Positions 1-8,676 of a DNA stretch of 64,000 nucleotides are shown here, piece after piece. The stretch lies in the sequence record MW735835.1. One strand, written 5' to 3'. Under the pieces are notes generated by a model that did no database searches, was not told the DNA's origin, and saw only the letters and a program-made list of their open reading frames with translations. The stretch's first letter is position 1. The number at the start of each line of letters is the position of its first letter. The translations under genes were made by a program, and so were the position numbers.

Positions 1-498
1 TTCCGGGTCGTTGCCGAGAGCTGCGGCGATTTCCTGGATGGTGTCCAGGGTGCCCGGAGCAGCGCCAACGAGGTCGTCGATCTTCTTCTGGGCGATCTTG
101 TCGGCCAGGAAGGCAGTGACGTACTTGTCAGCAGCGCCAGCCAGCGCTTCGGCTTCGGTGGCGACGCCGTAGTTCTCGACGTTACCCAGGCCGACGTCGG
201 CTTTGGTCAGAGCGTCGATGACGCCGTTCAGCTCGCCTTTGGCGGCTACGATCGCGGCGGCGATAGCAGCAGCGTAGTCGGCTTCGACGGTGGCCAGGGA
301 CTTGCCGCCCAGGGCCAGGGCGTTGTCGGCGGTGCCGGCAGTGGCGGCCTTACCGGCCAGGATCTCGGTGGTGATCTCGGCAAGAGTCTTGCCGTTCAGC
401 TTCAGAGAGTTCGGAGCGTCTTTGTTCGCCAGAGCGGCGACCAGACGCTGAAGGGCCGCCTTCATTGCGGCTTCGAGTACAGCGTTGGACATTGCCAT
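1..498 (-). CDS. Tail fibre-like protein, 5' part only (runs off the window edge)
   Basis: Read manually: MAMSNAVLEAAMKAALQRLVAAL...KLNGKTLAEITTEIL...LTKADVGLGNVENY...GAAPGTLDTIQEIAAALGNDPE. TKADVGLGNVEN and APxxLDTxxEIAAAL are phage tail-fibre motifs. N-terminus is paralogous to 6806..7393. Confidence 0.8.
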   Translation of the reverse strand, partial: MAMSNAVLEAAMKAALQRLVAALANKDAPNSLKLNGKTLAEITTEILAGKAATAGTADNALALGGKSLATVEADYAAAIAAAIVAAKGELNGVIDALTKADVGLGNVENYGVATEAEALAGAADKYVTAFLADKIAQKKIDDLVGAAPGTLDTIQEIAAALGNDPE

Positions 499-570
499 TT
501 GTAGCGGTCCTCATGAGGGATGTGTCGACAGTGGGTGAGCTGAGAAAAAAGCTCTCTCACATACTATCAG

Positions 571-578
571 ATCCTATG
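571..578 (+). promoter_or_regulatory. Putative late promoter, ATCCTATG (TATG core)
   Basis: Same 8-mer lies upstream of four structural genes (571, 2750, 8619 minus, 40060 minus). TATG is the phiKZ late-promoter core. Confidence 0.5.
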
Positions 579-640
579 AATGCAGGAAATGAACCATTCT
601 GCTCTTACATTCTTTTCCACTAACGCATCGAGGCATCGAC

Positions 641-2707
641 ATGCGCATACATCTCATGGCGGCTGCGATCCGTCAGGTCATTGCACCACCAATTCAGGCG
701 GTGGACCAAAGGAACTTTTGGGATAACACTGTTTCCCAACTGGTAGTGGATGAAGGAGTTATCCGCGACCTTAAACGTGCCGGTTATACCAGTCGAGTCG
801 GTAACCTCGGCACGGGCCCGTTCAGTAAACAGTCCATTCAGTTCAATACCACTTCCCAGGTTCGTTATGGTAGTTCCCCGTTCTCCCTGTACGGAAACTT
901 CACCATTGAAGGCCATGTCAACTTCGATTCTGCTGGCTTCGCCACCAACACGAACCAATACATCTTCGACATCGGGACCAACAACTTTGTGTTCCGTCTG
1001 TACAACAAGAAGTGGCACTTGAGCGCGCCTGCCAACACCACGTTGTTGCAGTCTACTGAAGAAGCGGTGCCGGATAAGTGGTACCATTACGCCATCAGTC
1101 GCTATAACGGCGTGATCAAACTGTTCATCGACGGGGTGATGGTAGCACAAGTGGCTAACACCGCTAGCTTCTCGTTTGCTCAATTCACCTGGGGCAACTA
1201 CGGCGGTGGTGGCTATGGTCTGCGTGGTCGGATGACTAACTGCCGGGTGGTCATGGCTGCCTGCTACACCGAGAACTTCCTGCCACCGACTTCCGATCTG
1301 CCAGCAGGTAACGAGTTCGAAGCAACCTACGATCCGTACTGGGACAATGTGGCATTCCTGTCTCGCGGGGGCGTTGCTGCTCCGGCTGACGATAAGGGTG
1401 CAACCCTCACGGTGACAGGACCGAGTGCAGCACAGATCCTCAATTCGAGTATCTATCGATTTGGTCCTAACGCTTACTTCTTCAATGGTGACGGTACCCG
1501 TGCATCGACACCAAACACCAGTGGAAAGTTCGACTTCGGTTCCGGCGATTTCACAATAGAGGCTTGGGTCCGCCCGACCCTCACTACAGGTGCTTCGGTC
1601 ATCCAGACTATCTGCGGTGTACGCGGGATCTCGGGTGTCGATCAACTGGGCTCGTTCGTTCTGGTGATTGAAGGCAACCGTCCTCGGTTCTACTTCAACA
1701 TGGCTGTTGGTGGATGGTCCAGCATCGCTCCTGCCAGCGGGTTTGAAGTCCTGTTGAACGTGTGGAGCCATATTGTGGCGATGCGCGTAGGCAACACTAT
1801 CCGTCTGATGGTCAATGGTATCCAAGTGGCCACCGTGGCCGTATCTGGAGCCATGACGTCCTCCACCGAGCAGTTGCACATCGGCAGTGTTAACAACGGT
1901 ACATTGCCGTTCAATGGGTATATCGACAGCGTCCGCATTACCAAAGGTATTGCACGTTACTCGATGGACATCTCGCCTAAATGGAACTCCGATTGGGCCG
2001 TCCGCGCGAAGAACGGCACTGACCCAGAACGTCCAGCAAACGACGACCGCTTCGGTCAGGTTTCCTTGAGCCTGCCCTTGAGTGACACACTGTACGAACG
2101 TCGTAATTCCCTGTGGCCTACTGCCGTAGGTAGCCAGACGGCGTTCAGCGGTAGCAAGATGCTCTTCGGTAAACCTACCCTGAACCTCAACACCGGCGCT
2201 AATGGTGATGTGGCCTGGGAGCCCAATAAGGCTCTCTTGAACGGCATGGGCAGTGCAGTCGCTGATTTCACGGTGGAAGGCTGGATCAACACTGACTTCT
2301 ACCACTCTTCGGTACCGATTCCGTTGGTGACCCAATGGCATACCTCTTCCACTGGGACGTGGATGCTGGGCGTGCGAGACCGTAAGCTCTGCTGGGCTTA
2401 TAACGCCACGCAATATCATCAAACTGAAGCCGTGGTGGCCGATGGCCAATGGCACCACATTGCGGCGGTTCGTAAGAACGGGCAGATCACCTTGTTCCTC
2501 GATGGTGTGGCCGTTGGCACGTTTGCCAACTCCATCGTCTATGGTTACGGTGGTACTCTGCATGTGGGCGGTAACCCGCGTAACGTGCTCACCGAAGGCT
2601 TCACGATGGCTGCGGCCGATATCCGTGTCACTGCGGGTCTCGCTCGCTATGAAGGGAACTTCGCGGTACCCACTGCGAACCTGCCCATTCGGGCACTCGC
2701 TGCCTAA
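641..2707 (+). CDS. Tail/receptor-binding protein with three LamG (ConA-like) domains
   Basis: Three repeats of (G/D)FT(I/V)E(A/G)W...W(Y/S/H)H(Y/I)xxxRxxxxxxL(F/M)xxG; starts MRIHLMAAAIR. Confidence 0.8.
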   Translation: MRIHLMAAAIRQVIAPPIQAVDQRNFWDNTVSQLVVDEGVIRDLKRAGYTSRVGNLGTGPFSKQSIQFNTTSQVRYGSSPFSLYGNFTIEGHVNFDSAGFATNTNQYIFDIGTNNFVFRLYNKKWHLSAPANTTLLQSTEEAVPDKWYHYAISRYNGVIKLFIDGVMVAQVANTASFSFAQFTWGNYGGGGYGLRGRMTNCRVVMAACYTENFLPPTSDLPAGNEFEATYDPYWDNVAFLSRGGVAAPADDKGATLTVTGPSAAQILNSSIYRFGPNAYFFNGDGTRASTPNTSGKFDFGSGDFTIEAWVRPTLTTGASVIQTICGVRGISGVDQLGSFVLVIEGNRPRFYFNMAVGGWSSIAPASGFEVLLNVWSHIVAMRVGNTIRLMVNGIQVATVAVSGAMTSSTEQLHIGSVNNGTLPFNGYIDSVRITKGIARYSMDISPKWNSDWAVRAKNGTDPERPANDDRFGQVSLSLPLSDTLYERRNSLWPTAVGSQTAFSGSKMLFGKPTLNLNTGANGDVAWEPNKALLNGMGSAVADFTVEGWINTDFYHSSVPIPLVTQWHTSSTGTWMLGVRDRKLCWAYNATQYHQTEAVVADGQWHHIAAVRKNGQITLFLDGVAVGTFANSIVYGYGGTLHVGGNPRNVLTEGFTMAAADIRVTAGLARYEGNFAVPTANLPIRALAA

Positions 2708-2708
2708 A

Positions 2709-2738
2709 CATAGAGAGGGCCTTCGGGTCCTCTCTATG
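2709..2738 (+). terminator. CATAGAG...CTCTATG-family hairpin
   Basis: catagagagggcc-ttcg-ggtcctctctatg directly after the stop codon. Confidence 0.7.
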
Positions 2739-2749
2739 CTGTTTATCAA

Positions 2750-2757
2750 ATCCTATG
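2750..2757 (+). promoter_or_regulatory. Putative late promoter ATCCTATG
   Basis: Identical 8-mer about 60 nt upstream of the ATG at 2818. Confidence 0.5.
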
Positions 2758-2817
2758 GGAGCCTTTAACGAGCATTTCGTTCACGAAGATGTCTTCCTTT
2801 CTCAAGAGGCGATAAAC

Positions 2818-4845
2818 ATGCGCATTCATCTCATGGCTGCGGCCATTCGGAATGTCATCACGCCACCTGTTGTTCCCGCTGGGACATGGGAAAACGTGGT
2901 GGCACAGATCTACGAAGAGGGCGGTAGTTTTTACGACATCCGCAACCCGTCTCTCGGTACCAGGACGGCACTGATCGGGACCGGCAAGTTCGGGGGCAAC
3001 TGCCCACGGTTCACGTCTGCCGAGCAACTGACTTTCACCAGTACGCCTTTCGCGCTGCATGGCGACTTCTGCATCGAGGCCCATTACAACTTCGACGATG
3101 TAGCCAACAACAATCAGTACATGTTCGACTTGGGTAGCAACGGCTTTACTCTGCGCTATCGTAATGATGGTGCTGGTAACGGCCTGCGTATCAGCCAGGG
3201 CGCCGCCAACCTCGTCATCACCTCGTTCGTTCCGGTCCCTGGGACTTGGTACCACGTGGCGGTGGTACGTCGTAATGGCCTCATCATGCTATTTGTGGAC
3301 GGTGTCTTGCGTGGCACTGGCACTTACACCCCGAGCATGGCTTATACGTCGTACACGGTCGGCTGCTATGGTGGCAGCGGAGCGTACTCGATCCATGGTC
3401 GGATCGACCAGTTCCGCGTTTCGGTCTGGGCAGTCTACACCGAAACCTTCAGTCCGCCGATCATGCCATTCCCGACGCACGGTGAAGAAGCCGACTTCGA
3501 CCCGATGTGGTCCGATGTGGTACTGCTTCTGAAAGATGCTTCGGGTGGCATTCCAATCGACGCAACTGGTTTCCACACGGTTACCAAGTTGGGCAATGCT
3601 GCAACCACTACTGCCGCAATGCGCCTGCCAAAAATGAGCATGCAGTTCAGCGGCGCGGCTGGCGAAGCGTTCAACGTGGCCGACTCCAGTGACCGGTTCG
3701 ACATGGGGGCTCTCGACTTCTGCGTTGAAGCCTTTGTACGACCCACCGTTACGTTGCCGGCCTCGTTCGTTCAACTGGTAGGGCGTTCTGGCGCGGCCTA
3801 TGGCGGCTGGTGCCTTGGTTTGAACAACGGTGTTCTCCAGGCACGATTGTCCAACACGGGCACCTCGACTTGGGCGGTATCCTTCACTGCGCCGACCGAC
3901 ACCAAGTTGCAACTCAACCGCTGGTACCATGTCGCACTCACCCGTTACAACGGCTTGTGCACCCTGTGGATCGACGGGAAAGCGGTGGCGACATACACCT
4001 ACGGCACTGCATTGTTTGCAGGCACCGCGGCAGTCAACATCGGCGCCGACAGCAACGGTAACTTCCAATTCGGTGGGCAGATCAACAGCGTCCGTATCAC
4101 TCGGAACAATGCCCGTTACTCCAACAACTTCTCTCCGAAACGAGTCAAAGAGTTGGGTCACGTCACTGGCGACAGCGTTGACTTCGATGCGTACTACTGC
4201 CGTACTTCGGCCATGTTTGAACTGGCAACCGAACTCCAGTCCGGCCTGCGTCAGCTTCAGATCGCCACCCAGCGTTCGACCTCGCAGCTCGATGCTACCC
4301 GGCTGCTACACGGCAAGCCTACCCTGACGCTCACCTCCGGTGCCAACGGCGGGATCAACTACAACTCCTTCAACCGGGCTCTATTGGTTGCTGGAGATTG
4401 TACTGTTGAAGCGTGGGTGAATACCGACTATTCGGGAGCTGCCACGGTACTGCCGATTATTGGTCAGTATCACGCTACCACGTCCGGTGCTTGGATCTTG
4501 GGCGTCTACGATCGTAAAGCCTACTTCTTCATCCGGGGAGGCATCAACGTCGCAGGTACCACCATCATTGCTGACGGTAACTGGCACCATGTGGCAGTAG
4601 TGATTCGTAGCGGTGTAGCTTACCTGTACATCGATGGTGTGCGGGAAGGTAATACCCCCAATGTGGGCTCGGTGTGGCCGTCTTACATCGGTGCCATCCA
4701 ACTGGGTATGAACATCGCATCGGAAGCTCCGGCAGGCGCCCGCATGAACATCGGTCGTGTACGTACCACTCATGGCAAGGCTCGCTACACGGCGAACTTC
4801 ACCCCGAGTGAGAAGACGGTTCAGACGTTGTCCATGGCGGCATAA
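2818..4845 (+). CDS. Tail/receptor-binding protein with three LamG domains (tandem paralog of 641..2707)
   Basis: Start moved from 2755 to ATG 2818 (GAGG RBS; MRIHLMAAAIR identical to the paralog); three LamG signatures. Confidence 0.8.
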   Translation: MRIHLMAAAIRNVITPPVVPAGTWENVVAQIYEEGGSFYDIRNPSLGTRTALIGTGKFGGNCPRFTSAEQLTFTSTPFALHGDFCIEAHYNFDDVANNNQYMFDLGSNGFTLRYRNDGAGNGLRISQGAANLVITSFVPVPGTWYHVAVVRRNGLIMLFVDGVLRGTGTYTPSMAYTSYTVGCYGGSGAYSIHGRIDQFRVSVWAVYTETFSPPIMPFPTHGEEADFDPMWSDVVLLLKDASGGIPIDATGFHTVTKLGNAATTTAAMRLPKMSMQFSGAAGEAFNVADSSDRFDMGALDFCVEAFVRPTVTLPASFVQLVGRSGAAYGGWCLGLNNGVLQARLSNTGTSTWAVSFTAPTDTKLQLNRWYHVALTRYNGLCTLWIDGKAVATYTYGTALFAGTAAVNIGADSNGNFQFGGQINSVRITRNNARYSNNFSPKRVKELGHVTGDSVDFDAYYCRTSAMFELATELQSGLRQLQIATQRSTSQLDATRLLHGKPTLTLTSGANGGINYNSFNRALLVAGDCTVEAWVNTDYSGAATVLPIIGQYHATTSGAWILGVYDRKAYFFIRGGINVAGTTIIADGNWHHVAVVIRSGVAYLYIDGVREGNTPNVGSVWPSYIGAIQLGMNIASEAPAGARMNIGRVRTTHGKARYTANFTPSEKTVQTLSMAA

Positions 4846-4846
4846 A

Positions 4847-4880
4847 GCATAGAGGGAGGGCAGCTGCCCTCCCTCTATGC
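4847..4880. terminator. Perfect 34-bp palindromic hairpin between convergent genes
   Basis: gcatagagggagggcag|ctgccctccctctatgc. Confidence 0.75.
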
Positions 4881-4883
4881 CGT

Positions 4884-5534
4884 TTAGCTGTTGGTGTACA
4901 GATCCTGCACCTCTTCCAAGGACAAGGCCTTGTCGTAGATACGGAGATCTGCTTGCCAGCCTCGCGAGTACTCACCCGTGCCCACACCGTTACCGATGCG
5001 GAAGGTTTTTGCCGCGATGTTCATGGTTACCGAGTAGGTACCACGCAGAACGCCGTTGATGTAGAACTTCAACGTGCCGGCATCGTAGGTGATAGTGATC
5101 AGGTGCCACACATTCACGCTGATGTTGACGTTGGCAAATTTGCTTCCAGCGGGTGCCATGGTCTTAGCGTAGAGGTAGGTCCTGGTCGGTGTCGGATCAG
5201 ACGTCGGAGAGATCTTGAACAGGAACTCGGTGTTGTCAGAGCTGCTCAGCAGGTGTTGATAACCCGCCAGCGTCTCTGGGCAATACCAAGTACTGACCGT
5301 CCAAGGCCCGGCACCGATAGTCAGGCTAGGCAAGTCAATCCAGTTGTTGATCGAACCTGGGAGCTTGACCGCTTTACGACCCAGCTTGGTTTCGAATGTG
5401 AGTCCAGCCGTACCGGTACCGTTCTTACCACCTACGCTGTCAACGTAGTCAGTTTGGAACTTCCACCAGTTCTTCAGGTTGGCAGAGATAGCAGAAGCCT
5501 GCTTGATCGCTGCGGGAAGTAACATGCGCACCAT
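4884..5534 (-). CDS. Single LamG-domain tail-associated protein
   Basis: WTVSTWY...WHLITITYDAGTLKFYING...ADLRIYDKALSLEEV is a LamG_3 pattern. Confidence 0.75.
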   Translation of the reverse strand: MVRMLLPAAIKQASAISANLKNWWKFQTDYVDSVGGKNGTGTAGLTFETKLGRKAVKLPGSINNWIDLPSLTIGAGPWTVSTWYCPETLAGYQHLLSSSDNTEFLFKISPTSDPTPTRTYLYAKTMAPAGSKFANVNISVNVWHLITITYDAGTLKFYINGVLRGTYSVTMNIAAKTFRIGNGVGTGEYSRGWQADLRIYDKALSLEEVQDLYTNS

Positions 5535-5548
5535 GATCGGTACCTTTC

Positions 5549-6739
5549 TTAGAAGCGCAGATCTACCACTTCACTTACGGTGAGTGGTTGGTACAGACCG
5601 GTCGTGTCAAAAGTCAAACGGGTGTAGTTCGATCCAGCGACGTAGTCGTGGACGATCCGTTTGGTCAACATGATGCCGTCGATCTGTGCCTCGGTGATGT
5701 TGTCTGCACGCACATCACCTGTGATGTACAGGTTGAACTGTTTGTCGGTGGTGTTCCACTGAGCGAAGAAGATCGCATTGGTACCTTTGTACAACGGGTT
5801 GGCAATGGAGCCCATGCCGTTGTTCGAAGGATCGCGATAACCCAGCAGTACGAGGCCGGTGAGGGTGCGGGTACCTACGGTGATCTGGCATTCGTGACGA
5901 TATGCCGGGACCGAGGTCTTACCCGTTGCAGTGAAGATCACGACTGGGAGCTTCGCACCTTCTACTTTGGAAATATCCATACCCAAAGTATCGAATACCA
6001 ACGTGGTCTGGTCTGCCGTTGGGGCGTAACGAGAATACTTGAAAGTCAGTAGCACCCCGCCCACCATGACCAACCACTGCTTACCAGCTACACGAGCGTT
6101 ACCCGTGATACCGATGCGGAATTCGTTGAGGGCGTCATGCCAGTTCATGGCATAGATTGGAAGACCTTCCAGATTCACGTCACTCAATGCACCCATCGGG
6201 TTGGGTAGCGAGTTATCACGGAAGCCGTAGGACGGATTTGGAGCATACACGTCGGTGCGCTTGCCGACAATGATCTCTGCTTCGTAAACCTGCACAGGGA
6301 GGTCTCTCGGCGTCGATGTGACGAGTTGGATGGTGACGGGTCGTCCTGGGCCAGTACTTCCAGGAAGAGCCACAGAGGACCAATCGAAGGTCACTGAGGT
6401 GGTATTGGCGCCTGCGTTGTACGAGACCCCTGTCACCGGCACTACCAGGCCATTGATGACGCACTTGGTGAAACTGAGGTTACGATGGTCGCCTTTAATC
6501 ACGAAGCCGCCAGTTCGGTCATAGACGTGCCAGTTGGCCATTAAGACTTCGTATTGGTTATTGAACTGGTTGTTCGACACCGAACCCATTGGGTATTGTT
6601 CTGTGCTTGCGCGGTAACCATAAGAGGGCTGTCCGCCATAGAACGTCCGAGTACCGATGACCAAGGTGGTTTCGAACGCCACCGTGGATTTGTACTTGGC
6701 GTATCTCCGCGCGGCCGCAGCTAGATATCCAATTCGCAT
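5549..6739 (-). CDS. Tail-associated protein with three 130-aa tandem repeats
   Basis: Start at ATG 6739 (MRIGYLAAAARR, GAGG RBS). Repeat units begin at 6676, 6286 and 5896. Confidence 0.65.
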   Translation of the reverse strand: MRIGYLAAAARRYAKYKSTVAFETTLVIGTRTFYGGQPSYGYRASTEQYPMGSVSNNQFNNQYEVLMANWHVYDRTGGFVIKGDHRNLSFTKCVINGLVVPVTGVSYNAGANTTSVTFDWSSVALPGSTGPGRPVTIQLVTSTPRDLPVQVYEAEIIVGKRTDVYAPNPSYGFRDNSLPNPMGALSDVNLEGLPIYAMNWHDALNEFRIGITGNARVAGKQWLVMVGGVLLTFKYSRYAPTADQTTLVFDTLGMDISKVEGAKLPVVIFTATGKTSVPAYRHECQITVGTRTLTGLVLLGYRDPSNNGMGSIANPLYKGTNAIFFAQWNTTDKQFNLYITGDVRADNITEAQIDGIMLTKRIVHDYVAGSNYTRLTFDTTGLYQPLTVSEVVDLRF

Positions 6740-6759
6740 GAACCTGTCCTCGAAAATAA

Positions 6760-6787
6760 AGACCACCGGGGATATCCCCGGTGGTCT
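6760..6787 (-). terminator. Intrinsic terminator (perfect 28-bp palindrome with T-tract on the minus strand)
   Basis: agaccaccggggat|atccccggtggtct, followed by tttatttt on the minus strand. Confidence 0.7.
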
Positions 6788-6805
6788 AGGACTGAGCAGA
6801 CTGGC

Positions 6806-7393
6806 TTACGCCGGCAGCTTCATGTCGCGGCCGATGTGGTAGCCGTCCCAGGTCGCACCACCGTCGTAGGAGGTGAAGGCCAGGACGTCGCGACCGGCAG
6901 CTTTCAGGGTGGGCTTGGTGCCTTCCGACCAGCTGATGTTCGGCCAGTAGTTCACGGCAGCGGAACCGCCGTTGACCAGGTGCAGGGTGAAGCTCACCAC
7001 GCGACCGCTCTCCGGGACGTTGCTCACCGAAAGGGTGGTGGCGCCGGTGATGGTCTTTTTGTAGTGGTTGGCCAGGCGGACATCGATGGCGGTGCCAGCG
7101 GCCAGGTCGGCCAGCTTCTCGATGATGGCGACGTTCATCTCGCCGCCGACCGGCAGGCCAGCTTCGTTGATGGCTTCGTCGATGGCCGCTACCAGCGCGT
7201 TACCTTCAACGAGGTCGATGACTTCGCCGTCGGTGTAAGTCGCTGCTTGGGCCAGAATTTCAGAGGTGATCTCGGCAAGAGTCTTGCCTTCGAGTTTTGC
7301 AGCATCGTCGGCCTGACGAGCGGCCAGCGCGGTAACGACGCGCTGAATAGACGCCTTCAGCGCGGCTTCAATTACCGGATTGGACATTGCCAT
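6806..7393 (-). CDS. Short tail fibre-like protein
   Basis: MAMSNPVIEAALKA N-terminus is paralogous to 1..498; KLEGKTLAEIT motif; beta-rich C-terminal domain (GRDVLAFTSYDGGATWDG) typical of phage tail proteins. Confidence 0.7.
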   Translation of the reverse strand: MAMSNPVIEAALKASIQRVVTALAARQADDAAKLEGKTLAEITSEILAQAATYTDGEVIDLVEGNALVAAIDEAINEAGLPVGGEMNVAIIEKLADLAAGTAIDVRLANHYKKTITGATTLSVSNVPESGRVVSFTLHLVNGGSAAVNYWPNISWSEGTKPTLKAAGRDVLAFTSYDGGATWDGYHIGRDMKLPA

Positions 7394-7486
7394 GGTTTTG
7401 TACCTTTCAGTTGTTAGAGAGCGTGGTTGATGCTCCCGCATAACATTGGACCAGGCAAAGAGGAGGCCTGAGCCTCCCTCCGCCAA

Positions 7487-7990
7487 TTACTGCTGTTCAG
7501 CTTCCAAGCCGGCGGCAATATCGTCAATGTCATTGGTCACATTGGTCATCACTTGCTGGAATTCGTCACGCAGCAGGTATTCGGAGGCGTTCACCCCACC
7601 CAGCTGCTCAGAGTCTTTAACGGTGCCATCGCGGGCTTCGGTAATGATCTCTTCGCGAGTCTTTCCATCCAACTTCAGTGCGTTGACTGCAATATCTTCA
7701 ACGCCCAACTTTTCCTTGAGCAGGTCTTCGATCTCAGTCCGCGAGAAAGTACCTACTTGGGCAGCAGTTACCTGGTTGGGGTTATCCCGCCTTGCGGCAA
7801 AGATAGCAAGGATAGCATTGATAGTGGTGCGGTAGGTTTTCTTCTCCATACCTGCACCGCCGTCAGCCCGTGTTCTGACGGTAATCTCAATGCTATCCTC
7901 ACCAGAGAGCTGCTCAGGATCGATTGGGGGAAGTTGGAAGATCGTGGCGGTCCAATCATTCGCCGGTACCGGCGGGTTCTCTTCTGCCAT
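7487..7990 (-). CDS. Tail fibre-associated protein
   Basis: Contains NPNQVTAAQVG and LKLDGKTREE, motifs shared with the fibre at 59817..62210. Confidence 0.65.
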   Translation of the reverse strand: MAEENPPVPANDWTATIFQLPPIDPEQLSGEDSIEITVRTRADGGAGMEKKTYRTTINAILAIFAARRDNPNQVTAAQVGTFSRTEIEDLLKEKLGVEDIAVNALKLDGKTREEIITEARDGTVKDSEQLGGVNASEYLLRDEFQQVMTNVTNDIDDIAAGLEAEQQ

Positions 7991-8036
7991 GGTCCTTCCC
8001 TCAATTATCCGTGATTAGCTGATCAGATCCGTTGAC

Positions 8037-8561
8037 TTAGGTAGGCTGAGCTTCGCTGTCAACGATTTCGATCTGGAGGCCGCCGAGTTCCGGGTTACCG
8101 ACGGCTTCAGTCAAAGGGAGCTTGTCAACCACCAGGCTGACCAGCAGTTGACCTTTGAACGCGAAGGAGCCCGGCAGGGCTTCCAGGACGATGCTGTCGC
8201 TGCCCGGCTCGATGGCCTGGGCGAAGTCGAAGTCATCGTCGGTGAAGCCCAGGTCGAAGCGGGTGTTCAGCTTCTCGACCAGTGCACCAACGGTCTCGTC
8301 GCCCTGGAGGACTTCGATGTTGTTGATGTTGTAGCTGGCGAACCAGGCGGTCAGGTCCAGACGGTCGTAGAAGGCGGTGGCGCTGCCTTCGAACAGGCTG
8401 TCCGGAGTGGCGGAGTAGACGACCTGAACCTCGCGGTTCGGGTTGGTGGAGGCTTCCGGAGCGGCGAAGCTCAGATCGGAGGCCAGGAAGGAAACGCCTT
8501 CGTTGGCGGCAGCGTTCAGGGCTGCCAGCAGGGCGGCGCGACCAGTTTTGGCGCTGTTCAT
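8037..8561 (-). CDS. Virion structural protein (phiKZ-like Y(D/R)R(L/I)DL paralog family)
   Basis: Start ATG 8561 with GAGG RBS; FYDRLDL motif resembles the YRRL/YRRI/IKRIDL motifs of 31087..33545. Confidence 0.55.
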   Translation of the reverse strand: MNSAKTGRAALLAALNAAANEGVSFLASDLSFAAPEASTNPNREVQVVYSATPDSLFEGSATAFYDRLDLTAWFASYNINNIEVLQGDETVGALVEKLNTRFDLGFTDDDFDFAQAIEPGSDSIVLEALPGSFAFKGQLLVSLVVDKLPLTEAVGNPELGGLQIEIVDSEAQPT

Positions 8562-8618
8562 GCGGTAATCCTCGTTGGGATGGATGAATGCAGCCGTTGA
8601 TGGTAAAAAACAACTGCA

Positions 8619-8626
8619 CATAGGAT
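8619..8626 (-). promoter_or_regulatory. Putative late promoter ATCCTATG
   Basis: cataggat on the plus strand, upstream of 8561. Confidence 0.5.
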
Positions 8627-8676
8627 GTCGGCATAAAACCCTCACGATACCATTACAGTATCGTGAGGGCTGATGC

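Noticed and set aside
620-2749. 709-aa minus-strand ORF, and similar long antisense ORFs at 20746..23151, 26110..28005, 58333..59955 and 59736..62015
   Set aside because: Each mirrors a well-supported gene on the other strand. C/G-ending codon bias removes antisense stop codons, and the translations show no motifs or RBS.
641-4845. Diversity-generating retroelement template/variable repeat pair in the LamG paralogs
   Set aside because: Divergence is general rather than adenine-specific, and no reverse transcriptase is in the window.
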